Below are positions 55,399 through 64,000 of a stretch of 64,000 bases of DNA, piece after piece; positions within the stretch are counted from its first letter, which is position 1; the number at the start of each line of letters is the position of its first letter. The stretch is taken from IMG/VR virus record IMGVR_UViG_3300025902_000021. One strand, given 5' to 3'. This stretch comes from an uncultured virus (IMG/VR IMGVR_UViG_3300025902_000021) (Duplodnaviria; Heunggongvirae; Uroviricota; Caudoviricetes). The translations under genes were made by a program, and so were the position numbers. The notes under the pieces are model-generated. The model was not told the origin of the DNA. It worked only from the letters and a program-made list of their open reading frames with translations, and did not search any database.

Positions 55399-56802
55399 TT
55401 AGTGACGATGCTCACGATATTTTTTGATTGCGTTCCGCAACCCCTTCTGGGTGTCGTCTTTCGACGCCAGCGTGAGGCTCTGCACCTGGTCCAGCGTGTC
55501 GGTACAGAGGATGCGATGGCAGATGACCGGCGCGCCCTGCCCCTGCCGACGGATACGGGCGTTGAACTGGTCGTAGAGGTCGAGCGACCAGTTCAGGCCG
55601 AACCAGACAAGGATGTGTCCGGCCTTCTGCAGCCCGTCGACGCCGTGACCCATCGATGCCGGATGACCGATCATCAGGGCGCAGTCGCCGGATGCCCACC
55701 GACGCATGGCCTCGTTGAGCGACCGTTCCGACTTGCAATCGGTCAGGTTGATCGGGCGCAGCTTGTGGAATTTCGCCATGATCCGTTCGGCATCGCTGCG
55801 ATAAGCGTAGCTACACAGCACCTGCTGCCCGTTTGCCTCTTCGATGATCTCTTCCAGCGCATCCAGCTTCAGGTCGTGGATCGGCTCCCACATGGGCATC
55901 CCTGCCAGCGGATACATCGCCCCGTTGGAGAACTGGAGACACTTGTTCATCAGGGATGCCTGGTTGAACAGTTCGACTTCCGCGCCGCTGTCGAGGCGGA
56001 TGAAGAACTCTTTCTCCATCCGGTCGTACATCTCGCGCAGGTCGGGCGACAGTTCAACAGTCACGTCGTTGATGAGGATGTCGGGCAGCGGGTTGTAGTC
56101 CTCGGCACTCATTTCCAGGGTCATGTCGCCGATGAGGTTCTTCATGGCCTCCTCGGTGTCCTTGTACGGCACCTTCTTGAAGCCACCTCCCGACTTGTAC
56201 CAGCGACCCTCGAACTGTGTTTTCGACGTGCCCAGGCGCGCTCCGTCGTCGAGGACGAGGTACTGGCCGTGCAAGTCCTTGTAACCGTTGCTGGCGGGGG
56301 TCCCCGTCAATCCTGTACGCCACCGGAAGAAGGGCAGCACCTTGCGCAACGCCTTCACCCGATGCGTCGAACTGTTCTTGCATTTGGTGATCTCGTCGAA
56401 CACGATCCCGTCGAACGGCAGCGGCAGCCCTTTCGATAGGTAGTAGGTGTGCAGTGTCTCGGCCAACCACTCCAGATTCTCGTAGTTGATCAGGAACACA
56501 TCTGCCTGTTTCGTCAGGCTGCGAGTGCGCTGATCACGATCGCCGACAAGCATCGAGAACTTGAGGTACTGTGTGTGCATCCACTTCACAGCTTCCTGTC
56601 GCCATACCAACCGGCAGACCCGGATCGGCGCGACGACCAGCACGGCTTTCAGGTAGCCACATTTGATGAGGTATTCGGCACTGGTCAGCGTGACAGCGGT
56701 CTTCCCCAGGCCCATGTCCATCCACAACGCGGAGGCAGGGCGACTGCACTGAAACTCGACGGCTTTGTGTTGGTAGGGGAACAGTTGGTTAAGCGATAGC
56801 AT
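55399..56802 (-). CDS. SNF2-family helicase
   Basis: MDMGLGKT; FDEIT; LTGTPA; HPASMGHG; QFNARIRRQGQ. Confidence 0.93.
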   Translation of the reverse strand: MLSLNQLFPYQHKAVEFQCSRPASALWMDMGLGKTAVTLTSAEYLIKCGYLKAVLVVAPIRVCRLVWRQEAVKWMHTQYLKFSMLVGDRDQRTRSLTKQADVFLINYENLEWLAETLHTYYLSKGLPLPFDGIVFDEITKCKNSSTHRVKALRKVLPFFRWRTGLTGTPASNGYKDLHGQYLVLDDGARLGTSKTQFEGRWYKSGGGFKKVPYKDTEEAMKNLIGDMTLEMSAEDYNPLPDILINDVTVELSPDLREMYDRMEKEFFIRLDSGAEVELFNQASLMNKCLQFSNGAMYPLAGMPMWEPIHDLKLDALEEIIEEANGQQVLCSYAYRSDAERIMAKFHKLRPINLTDCKSERSLNEAMRRWASGDCALMIGHPASMGHGVDGLQKAGHILVWFGLNWSLDLYDQFNARIRRQGQGAPVICHRILCTDTLDQVQSLTLASKDDTQKGLRNAIKKYREHRH

Positions 56803-57064
56803 CGACCATCGCCTTCCCTTTTTCCACGTTGTCGATCACGAACACATAGACGTTCTGCATCAGCAGCCGGTGATGCTCACGCAATTGCGGCGGCGTCGGC
56901 TTCTGGCCTTCCCGCTTGAACTCGACGAAGAAGACGAAGCCCTTCGGGCTGATGTAGAGGCGGTCTGGCACCGCACGGCGGGCGGGACTGGTGAACTTGT
57001 AGGTAAGGAAACCCTTTGATTGTGCGTAGGCATTAACCTTTGCTTCGACGACTTTCTCAAGCAT
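56789..57064 (-). CDS. VRR-NUC nuclease
   Basis: KFTSP.RR.VPDRL...FVEFK..G.KP. Confidence 0.9.
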   Translation of the reverse strand: MLEKVVEAKVNAYAQSKGFLTYKFTSPARRAVPDRLYISPKGFVFFVEFKREGQKPTPPQLREHHRLLMQNVYVFVIDNVEKGKAMVDAIA

Positions 57065-58895
57065 TGAAAACCTCCGTGAGCTTCTTCACTTCGTTGATGT
57101 AGTAGTCGTAATTGACCGGCAACACAACGTCCTTCAGGTTGTTGCAGGGACAGACTGTCCAGCCCTTGCAGATGCCGATTTCGCGCCAGTGGTCGGGCTT
57201 CTTTGCCAGCGGCGGCATGACCTTGACCAGTTCGCCGCCACCCACGGACACGTAGTAACGCTGCGTGTTCTCCATCGGCACGTCGAACCCAGGATAACGG
57301 AGCAACAGGTGGCTGGTGCGCGGCACCTTGGCGCGCATGTAGAAGTCGTCCCAGTCACACCATTCGGTGACTGTTTGACGAACGTCTGCACCCTCCAGCA
57401 GCACCTTCTCGGCGACCTTCGGGACGACCAGGGCGGAAGCGTTCTGGTGCCAGCCAATGTCGTACTCGTAGCGACCCTTGCGCTTGACTGTGCCATCCGT
57501 CTTCTCTGCTACGTAGGAATTCACGTCGGCGATCCACATCCGTTTGTATTCGACCTTCTCCAGCGACAGGTGTGAATCGAACTCCCACCCGTTGCAAGCC
57601 CTGTCGACCTCATCCCTGCGACTTCTCTCGACGAACATCGTGATGCCGTCCGTGTTGGCTTGAATGATCTTCAGCCCGCTGACGAACCGCAACCGATCGA
57701 TCATGTCGGCAATCCACATCTGGCCGGAGATAGTCACCTTCATGGTATAAAGCGGGTCAAAGAACACGCTGAACTTGTCGTTGGTTGCGCCATAGACACC
57801 GTTCAAGGCCAGCTTGAGCATGTCGTTCTCAGGGGTTCCCTTCTTATGCAACAGCCGCTGCGACCGCAGGTTGCGATAGACCTCGACGAATTTCGGCCCA
57901 AGATGTTCGGGATAGAACCCGTTCTCGATTGCCAGCGACGGGTAGAGGGAAGTCACGTCGACGTCGTAGATCATCCAGTCGCTGCTGGCCTCATAGAACT
58001 TGTTCTCGACGCTGGCATGGATGCCGCCCGTGCCGAACTTGTATTCCAGCCCATCGACTGTTGCCGTCAGGTCTTTGAACGCGCCCTTCGTTTTGGTGAT
58101 GGTCGTGTTCAGGAAGTGCTGCCGGATTTCCTCAAAGGCATCACTGAAGAACCAGTCAATATCACTCGGCACACAGTCGGCAAGGTTGATGCTGGCACGC
58201 TGGGTCTGGATCGGTGTCCGGCCTTCGTCGGGATGGTAGTTGTAGCAGGACACCCCTTCCTTCTCCAGCGCGATCTCGAAAATCTTCTTGCCGATCTTCA
58301 CGTCGTTGAAGTTGGTGAAGTCCTGCCCGTACCGCAGACTCAGTGTGTCGCGGAATTCAATCTGCTTCTGTGACTTCTCCAGAAACTGTTCGGTCGCCTC
58401 CACGTCGTTCCAGCAGTAGGTAGTCAGCACCGTCATCTGCTCGGGGGAGAGGAACGTCCCGACAGGGAAGGGCATGTCGCTGATGTTGTCCATCCGCATG
58501 TTGAACTCCAACGCCTTGAGGCTGGTCATCCGCGCCACGTTGTCGAAGTGGTGAATCTTGAACAGGTCGATCTGCTGTACCCAACAGTTCGACGGCTTGA
58601 CCAGATGGGCGAACTTGTTCTCGCTGGCGATGATTGACATGGCGAAGTCGTAGATTACCTTCGGGTCGCCGATCTTGCCGTTGAGGATGAAGTGCAGCAC
58701 CGGATAGTCGAATCCGACGTTGTTGAAGCCGACCATGCGCTGATTCATTGAGCGCAGACCCATCATCCATGAGGTCAAGATTGCCACGTCGTTCGTGCGC
58801 GACGAGATTTCGAACTTGGCCCAGTTCTTCGTTACCGTGTCCCGCGCGCAGAGGATGAAACAGTTCGGAAAAACTTCTGTGTCATATACAATCAC
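57057..58895 (-). CDS. DNA polymerase, family-B type, with 3'-5' exonuclease
   Basis: YDTEVF; GFN...FD; DVTSLYPS; KLALNGVYG; NTDG; GTG start inferred. Confidence 0.9.
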   Translation of the reverse strand: MIVYDTEVFPNCFILCARDTVTKNWAKFEISSRTNDVAILTSWMMGLRSMNQRMVGFNNVGFDYPVLHFILNGKIGDPKVIYDFAMSIIASENKFAHLVKPSNCWVQQIDLFKIHHFDNVARMTSLKALEFNMRMDNISDMPFPVGTFLSPEQMTVLTTYCWNDVEATEQFLEKSQKQIEFRDTLSLRYGQDFTNFNDVKIGKKIFEIALEKEGVSCYNYHPDEGRTPIQTQRASINLADCVPSDIDWFFSDAFEEIRQHFLNTTITKTKGAFKDLTATVDGLEYKFGTGGIHASVENKFYEASSDWMIYDVDVTSLYPSLAIENGFYPEHLGPKFVEVYRNLRSQRLLHKKGTPENDMLKLALNGVYGATNDKFSVFFDPLYTMKVTISGQMWIADMIDRLRFVSGLKIIQANTDGITMFVERSRRDEVDRACNGWEFDSHLSLEKVEYKRMWIADVNSYVAEKTDGTVKRKGRYEYDIGWHQNASALVVPKVAEKVLLEGADVRQTVTEWCDWDDFYMRAKVPRTSHLLLRYPGFDVPMENTQRYYVSVGGGELVKVMPPLAKKPDHWREIGICKGWTVCPCNNLKDVVLPVNYDYYINEVKKLTEVFNA

Positions 58896-59044
58896 TTCTT
58901 CGGCTCCCATTCGCCACGGTTGTAACGACCGTGCCATCCGTGAATTGAGAAAACAGCCGTGGTTCCGTCGCCGCGCAGACGCAGCTTCGAACCGTTCCAC
59001 GGACCGCCGACACAGCGATAATATTTCTTCAGTTTAATGAACAT
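58892..59044 (-). CDS. Small protein (50 aa, not in ORF track)
   Basis: GGAGG RBS; MFIKLKKYYRCVGGPWNG..; GTGA overlap with polymerase. Confidence 0.5.
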   Translation of the reverse strand: MFIKLKKYYRCVGGPWNGSKLRLRGDGTTAVFSIHGWHGRYNRGEWEPKK

Positions 59045-59059
59045 GCCATACCTCCAAGG

Positions 59060-59090
59060 AAAAAAGAGGGGAAGGGCGAACCTTCCCCTT
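59060..59090 (-). terminator. Terminator after SSB gene
   Basis: Minus strand AGGGGAAGG-TTCGC-CCTTCCCCT-CTTTTTT. Confidence 0.75.
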
Positions 59091-59100
59091 GGTCAGACTG

Positions 59101-59745
59101 TTACTGTTCCCACGGCATTTTGGGAAGACCAGGGAACGACGGTGCAGCAGCACCAGCCGGTTGCTGAACCTGACCGAACATGCCGGTCACGTCGGGCGGG
59201 GCTTCGCCGAACGGTTCCCCATCCTTGGCGAACTGGACAGCAATCAGTTCGCAGCGGACGCCACGACCGAACTGGTTTTCCTGAATCCACAGGCGGACAG
59301 CCGTGTTCACGTAGCACCCACCGTACAACTTGCGCGCGGCGGCGTTGCGCGCCATCGTGTTCGCGTTGTCGATGGGGTTGCCAGCGGCATCCACGATGAT
59401 CGGGGGACGGTCTTCGTTGGAAGAAGTCGAGAGATAGACATGACCTTCGTAGCCCTCATAAGGCTTCATGGTCTTCTTGTCCAGCTTCTCGCTGCCGCTG
59501 CCGTAACAGCGCAGACGGCGGTCGCCCTGAATCATCTGAAGGATGGGCGTTGCCTGTTCCTTCCACTTGGCCGTGGCGAGGTTGCCGACTTCGGCCATGA
59601 CCTTCGCGTAGTCGTTCGACTGCGGGTCGAGAATCAGATCAGCGGCGAACTTCTTCGGGGAGTTGGGGAAATCCTTGTTCTGAACGGCTTCGATCAGCTT
59701 CGGGAAGGACAGGCGGGACATCGTGAGTTGCAGAGTTTCAGACAT
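59101..59745 (-). CDS. ssDNA-binding protein (DUF2815 / gp2.5-like)
   Basis: RLSFP.L; YGGCYVN; N..GRGV...L.AVQFAKDGEPFG. Confidence 0.88.
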   Translation of the reverse strand: MSETLQLTMSRLSFPKLIEAVQNKDFPNSPKKFAADLILDPQSNDYAKVMAEVGNLATAKWKEQATPILQMIQGDRRLRCYGSGSEKLDKKTMKPYEGYEGHVYLSTSSNEDRPPIIVDAAGNPIDNANTMARNAAARKLYGGCYVNTAVRLWIQENQFGRGVRCELIAVQFAKDGEPFGEAPPDVTGMFGQVQQPAGAAAPSFPGLPKMPWEQ

Positions 59746-59769
59746 TTGTGAGGCTCCAGAAGTTAAAAG

Positions 59770-61041
59770 TTACGATAACCAAGAAGGTTCGTCGGATGGT
59801 ACGGGTACAGCTTGGAACATCTTCTCGACGTTGCCGAAATCAACGGCAGCGCGGCGATCAGATTCGGGGACAACAGTCAGCTTTCCTTCCGCTTTCTTAA
59901 TCAGGTCGGACTCGACTTTCGCCAGTTGCTTCGGTGACAGTTGCAGGGTCGTACCGTCGCGCTTCGCCCACACCGCTTTACCGATCTGGGCGGCAGAGAT
60001 CAACGAAGTCTGCCAGATTACGTCCTTCGGCACACGGAGTTTTTTCAATTCCGCTTCAATATTTTCATCCGGCAATCCCCACTGGCGACGACCGCTGCCG
60101 CGCACCACTTTCAGACCGGCAACAGGCTTGCCCGACTGGATGCGATGCAGTGCTTCTTCCTCGGCAGCTTCGACCATCTTGCGGATCAGCGGACCGGCTT
60201 CGACCAGTTCGCGCAACTGTTCGTCGGTCATGCCGGTCGGTTCGGACTTGGCCGCGTCCTGGATGAAGTTCATGTTCTCGAACTTGATGCCAGCACTCTC
60301 CAGCGTCCAACTGTTGAACGCCGAACAGTTACCCTTGTTGGCGCAGTAGGTGCATTGCTTCGTTCCAGGAACGAACGGTGCGTTCGGGTCATCCGTGGCC
60401 GCAGCCTCGGCGATGATCTTCTCCAGCCTTTCGCCCAACAGTTCGGTCACTTCCACCGTATGCGAAGAGATCGGGTTGCCGCCCTTCAGCGCGATCTTCG
60501 GCTGAATGATGGTCATCGTCAGCTTGGAGAACATGCGCGGCGGAGACTCGGACAGGTAGCCAGCGAGGATGCCGTAGGCGTACTGCTCCAACTGTTGATT
60601 GTCCTTCGCCTCGACGGGGTTCATGCCGTCCTTGTAGTCGATGATTTCGATGTGGTCGCCGCTGATGATCTGCACGTCGACGGTGCCGCTCATGTCGTTC
60701 CGGCCAACCAGCGCGTCAGGGAAAACCCGCTGCTCCGCGATGAGCAGCACCCCGTCGCCGACCTTGGTGTTGATGTAGTCGGTGGCGATGCGGACACGGC
60801 TGATGCGGTCGCTGTCGACGCCGAACATGCCCTCATGGTCCTGCAGCAACAGGCCAATGTAGGACTCCGGCGAACGGTTGTTCTTGATGCAATGCTCCAG
60901 CAGCGTGTGACTGTGTGTGCCGTCGATGGCAGCGGGAGAGTTCTTCCCGCTACCCTCGTACTTGACACACGCATTCACGCTGGCCGGACACGCCGCCCAC
61001 CGATAACGGGCGGACGGCGACAGGCGCGCGTGGGTGTTCAT
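59770..61041 (-). CDS. DUF2800-family PD-(D/E)xK nuclease
   Basis: HARLSPSA..RW..CP; GTVD; IDYKDG; N.QL..YA; TIIQP; CTYC; GLKVV.G...R.W. Confidence 0.88.
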   Translation of the reverse strand: MNTHARLSPSARYRWAACPASVNACVKYEGSGKNSPAAIDGTHSHTLLEHCIKNNRSPESYIGLLLQDHEGMFGVDSDRISRVRIATDYINTKVGDGVLLIAEQRVFPDALVGRNDMSGTVDVQIISGDHIEIIDYKDGMNPVEAKDNQQLEQYAYGILAGYLSESPPRMFSKLTMTIIQPKIALKGGNPISSHTVEVTELLGERLEKIIAEAAATDDPNAPFVPGTKQCTYCANKGNCSAFNSWTLESAGIKFENMNFIQDAAKSEPTGMTDEQLRELVEAGPLIRKMVEAAEEEALHRIQSGKPVAGLKVVRGSGRRQWGLPDENIEAELKKLRVPKDVIWQTSLISAAQIGKAVWAKRDGTTLQLSPKQLAKVESDLIKKAEGKLTVVPESDRRAAVDFGNVEKMFQAVPVPSDEPSWLS

Positions 61042-61403
61042 TAAAGTGCCTCGACTTTCAGGTAGAAGGCGGCATACTGGTCAATCGGCAGTGCGCTGAC
61101 ATGGCTGATGCCGAATTCGGACAACACGCCCTGAATCAACCCGCCCTTGGCGGGGCCGAGTTCCTTGTACTTGGTCATCACGTAGGTCATCAACGACAGT
61201 TGGTCATGGAACGGCAGCGGCGCGGCGGGTGCTGCGGCGGGAGCCGGAACAGGCGACGGCATTACCGGCGCGGGTGGCGTGAATACGGGATTGACGGGAG
61301 CCGGTGCGGGTTCGGGGTTCGACTCGATAGTCGTTTTGCTCAGAAGGGCGGCGATGGTGGCGAGGGAAGTTGCGATGCTGGCGAGGTTCGATTCAATGGA
61401 CAT
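61041..61403 (-). CDS. Hypothetical protein with Pro/Ala linker
   Basis: Typical position upstream of DUF2800; L..FG...VS.L....Y C-terminus. Confidence 0.7.
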   Translation of the reverse strand: MSIESNLASIATSLATIAALLSKTTIESNPEPAPAPVNPVFTPPAPVMPSPVPAPAAAPAAPLPFHDQLSLMTYVMTKYKELGPAKGGLIQGVLSEFGISHVSALPIDQYAAFYLKVEAL

Positions 61404-61554
61404 TTTTCAAGCCTTTCAGGAGGTAAGTTTGGATAAGTTGGCGAAGCACAGAGGACATGTCTTGGTCACGTTCGGAAATTGTTTTGGCCTTGAACGCCTC
61501 GAACATTTCCTTGGTGACACGGACACTGACAAAGTGGGTGTGTGGTGTTTTCAT
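61393..61554 (-). CDS. Ribbon-helix-helix regulator
   Basis: FVSVRVTKEMFEAF....DMSSVLRQLI. Confidence 0.7.
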   Translation of the reverse strand: MKTPHTHFVSVRVTKEMFEAFKAKTISERDQDMSSVLRQLIQTYLLKGLKNVH

Positions 61555-61563
61555 AGTACCACG

Positions 61564-61592
61564 ACTGTAGAACAACCGTGGCACATTGTCAA
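61564..61592 (-). promoter_or_regulatory. Putative sigma70 promoter
   Basis: Minus strand TTGACA-N17-TACAGT. Confidence 0.65.
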
Positions 61593-62395
61593 ATACTGCA
61601 ATATCCGCATTCACCTTCCGCTTCCGGTAGGTTATCGGCGTTACCATCAAGGAATTTCCGCACGTCCCATGCGCGATGCACCTTGATGAACTTGCGTGGG
61701 TTGCCTTCGGCCTTCCACTTGTCCTCAAGATCGATCAGGCGCTGGATATTCTGCTTCCCCACACAGTCCTGACCGGCAGCTTGCCACTCAGCCTTGCGGG
61801 CCAGCAGGCACGGGTAACAACCGACACGATGATGACCTTTCGCATACAGATCGTTGAGCGGCGCACCCTCGGCGGCAATGTGGGCGAACACCTCTTCGGT
61901 CGTCCACATCACGATGGGGAGGCGGCACGGGATCGCACCGAGTTTCTTGATCTTGCCCTTGCTGTAGAAGGCGGCAACATCGCCCAAGGTGAAGAGGTCT
62001 TCGGGGGTGATCTCACCGTACTTCTCGCCGCGCCGCGCACTCTCGTCCGAACGCATCCCGAACCAGATTTCACAGTTGTCGGCGTTGTATCCCTTGTCCA
62101 TCAGCCATTTGGCAAAAGGTTCCTGCTTCAGCCGTTGGGTGCAACCACGTGCCGCAGTGTTGGGGAAGTAGCCCGACGATTCGAGGAACGGGAACATGCC
62201 GCCATGTTTGCTGTGGGTGTGTTCGATGATCACCCCGTAGAACAACTCCATGTTCGCGATCTGCTCATACGTGAGGGGGTGGTCATAGCCGGTGTTCTGA
62301 TGGACACACACGGGCTTGTGACCGGCTTTTAGCGCAAGGGAAAGGACAACCTGACTGTCTTTCCCACCGCTGACAGGGACGATGATAGTTTTCAA
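61589..62395 (-). CDS. PAPS reductase-family PP-loop protein (DndC/CysH-like)
   Basis: SGGKDS; NTG; CT..LK; GMRSDES.RR; PI..W; RVGCYPC; terminal CGYC. Confidence 0.9.
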   Translation of the reverse strand: MKTIIVPVSGGKDSQVVLSLALKAGHKPVCVHQNTGYDHPLTYEQIANMELFYGVIIEHTHSKHGGMFPFLESSGYFPNTAARGCTQRLKQEPFAKWLMDKGYNADNCEIWFGMRSDESARRGEKYGEITPEDLFTLGDVAAFYSKGKIKKLGAIPCRLPIVMWTTEEVFAHIAAEGAPLNDLYAKGHHRVGCYPCLLARKAEWQAAGQDCVGKQNIQRLIDLEDKWKAEGNPRKFIKVHRAWDVRKFLDGNADNLPEAEGECGYCSI

Positions 62396-62399
62396 GTGA

Positions 62400-63152
62400 T
62401 TACTCCGGGATGTTGAACACGTATTCCTCGGGGACGTACAGCTTGGTCAGCTTTTCGTCCTTGGCAACAGCCAGGATTACACGCATTGCCATCTTGAACA
62501 CATCTGCGCGATCCGTCTGTGAAGAAAACGGTGTGTTTTGCATCTTATCCCTGAACCGGATGATTGTCTCGTCGCTGGGGCGCGACGTGATGCCACTGCT
62601 GAGAATGTTTACGAAATGGGCAATGACCGACTCGGGAATACCATCCTCCAATGCTGCGAACATTGCCGCAGCAATAGGGGAAGGCTTGAGGCGGGAATGA
62701 CCCTTCGTGAAGGCAATCGCCTTCTGGATGTTGGTATGGTGACGCATCAGATACTCACCAGCTTCAAACACGCCAAGTTTGGGATAGCCTTTGATGCAGG
62801 TAATCAGGGCGATGTGTTGCTTTGTCACCCCGTCCATTCCGGCAAAGGTGAGACAGTCCTTGATGCTACGCTGCAGTCCGCGATCCATAATCGGTGTCTG
62901 AGGAACACCGTGGAAGACCCAAAAATCCTGAGAACGTCCGCTCATGCAGATTGCTGTCAAGCGATGTTGTCCGTCAACCAAGTTTCCTTCCTTATCGAAG
63001 GCGATCCCTTGATGGGTGAGTCTCCAGCGATCGTTCGCCATATCGTTGACGTAACCCGCCAACGTGCTCTTGTTAATGGGGCGATTGGAACGGTTGCGGC
63101 GCAAAAAAGCCTCGGCCATTTTCGGTGTGATCGTCGTTATCGAAGATTTCAT
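62400..63152 (-). CDS. ParB-like / DGQHR-domain protein
   Basis: ITP..A..L..N..NRP; GIAFD..G.LVDGQHRL.AI. Confidence 0.82.
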   Translation of the reverse strand: MKSSITTITPKMAEAFLRRNRSNRPINKSTLAGYVNDMANDRWRLTHQGIAFDKEGNLVDGQHRLTAICMSGRSQDFWVFHGVPQTPIMDRGLQRSIKDCLTFAGMDGVTKQHIALITCIKGYPKLGVFEAGEYLMRHHTNIQKAIAFTKGHSRLKPSPIAAAMFAALEDGIPESVIAHFVNILSSGITSRPSDETIIRFRDKMQNTPFSSQTDRADVFKMAMRVILAVAKDEKLTKLYVPEEYVFNIPE

Positions 63153-63190
63153 TCAAGTTCTCCAAGTAGTTAAGTTGTGCAACGCTTCCC

Positions 63191-63252
63191 ACTCTACACC
63201 ATAAAATATCATTGTCAAGCACCTTGCAAAAATATTTTTTACTTGCTACATT
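63191..63252. promoter_or_regulatory. Back-to-back divergent sigma70 promoters
   Basis: Minus TTGACA(63213-63218)-N16-TAGAGT; plus TTGCAA(63224-63229)-N17-TACATT. Confidence 0.7.
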
Positions 63253-63285
63253 GCCGACTCCAATCAACCCACAAGGAGAATCATC

Positions 63286-63453
63286 ATGGAACAACGCCCG
63301 AACGTGCAGATCACGACAAGGATTGAACCCGAACTGGCCGACCGGCTGATGGCAATCGCTGACGCCGAACGGCGCAGTCTGAGCAACCTGCTGGTGCTCG
63401 CCGTTGAGAACTACGTCAAGGATTACGAAGCCCGTCTGACCAACGGAGGCTGA
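63286..63453 (+). CDS. Ribbon-helix-helix (Arc/CopG-like) regulator, 55 aa, not in ORF track
   Basis: AAGGAG RBS; QITTRIEPELADRLMAIADAERRSLSNLL. Confidence 0.8.
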   Translation: MEQRPNVQITTRIEPELADRLMAIADAERRSLSNLLVLAVENYVKDYEARLTNGG

Positions 63454-63454
63454 A

Positions 63455-64000
63455 ATGATCGCCTCTTACATCCAGCATGGCTGGAAGCTGTGTCATGTAC
63501 CCGAAGGAACCAAGGGGCCACAACAGGCAGGATGGAACAAACCCGAGAACGCACTGACCGAAGCCCCGCAACATGGTGGTGTCGGCCTGATGCACAGTTA
63601 TTCCGGCACCTGTGCGCTCGATATTGACGACTATGATGCGGCGACCGTCTGGTTGAAGGAACGCGGCATCAACCTTCATGCGTTGTTCGCCGCCGCTGAT
63701 GCCGTCGCTATCGATTCCGGCAATCCTGGGCATGGCAAACTGTTGTTCCTGTCGCCCGTGCCGCTACCGACCAAGAAGATCGTCGTCGACGGCAAAAACA
63801 TTCTTGAGTTCCGCTGTGCCAGTGTGTCGGGATCATCAATGCAGGATGTCCTGCCGCCATCCAGGCATCCCTCCGGCACCACCTACCAATGGACAGGTGC
63901 AGGCAACTGGCAACAGTTACCCGAGTTGCCCAACGAACTCCTTCTCGTCTGGAATGATCTGCTCGCCAAGGACGCCGAGCGCAACATCAAGACCGAGGCG
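63455..64000 (+). CDS. Bifunctional primase-polymerase (Prim-Pol) N-terminus, truncated by window end
   Basis: GWKLCHVPEGTKGP..GW; GLMH..SGTCALDID; QDVLPPSRHPSG. Confidence 0.85.
   Translation, partial: MIASYIQHGWKLCHVPEGTKGPQQAGWNKPENALTEAPQHGGVGLMHSYSGTCALDIDDYDAATVWLKERGINLHALFAAADAVAIDSGNPGHGKLLFLSPVPLPTKKIVVDGKNILEFRCASVSGSSMQDVLPPSRHPSGTTYQWTGAGNWQQLPELPNELLLVWNDLLAKDAERNIKTEA

Larger units (their letters stand above)
38526..64000. mobile_element. Phage unit B: second related podovirus-like genome, partial in window
   Basis: Syntenic homologues of unit A structural genes; different replication module. Confidence 0.88.

Noticed and set aside
58896..59000. N-terminal extension of the family-B polymerase
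   Set aside because: A separate small ORF with a good RBS occupies this space and couples to GTG 58895.
61589..62395. Auxiliary metabolic cysH
   Set aside because: No other sulfur-assimilation genes, and the context is early DNA-related; not called cysH without a phylogeny.
155..64000. Tandem integrated prophages
   Set aside because: No integrase, att-like tRNA or host genes recognised; the junction lies inside a structural gene.

Overview
The whole window is phage DNA. I saw no host genes, integrase, RNA genes or CRISPR array. It holds two related but clearly different podovirus-like genomes joined head-to-tail. Unit A (about 155-38525, roughly 38.4 kb) looks like one complete circularly permuted genome. 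It runs: virion surface/tail/ejection genes (+), accessory and replication genes (-) with a family-A DNA polymerase and a five-gene thymidine-modification cassette, a Toprim-type primase-helicase with an iteron-like origin, a repeat-rich non-coding region, then terminase, portal, scaffold and major capsid protein. Unit B (38526 to the window end, plus the capsid-gene tail at 1-78) has the same structural gene order but a non-homologous replication module (family-B-type polymerase, DUF2800/DUF2815, Prim-Pol) and a DGQHR + PAPS-reductase-family gene pair. The units meet at an apparently identical 392-bp block (191-582 = 38562-38953), so the tandem is either an assembly chimera or a recombinant cointegrate. 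The most interesting signals are: a minimal 5-hmdU hypermodification pathway lacking the known downstream enzymes; two genes between terminase and portal sharing an N-terminal leader with unrelated payloads; a dndB/dndC-like pair; two convergent paralogous mini-operons bracketing the origin; a 16-bp-phased palindrome array; and a repeated intragenic SLRQQL hinge. All family assignments are from motif recognition by eye; no searches were run.
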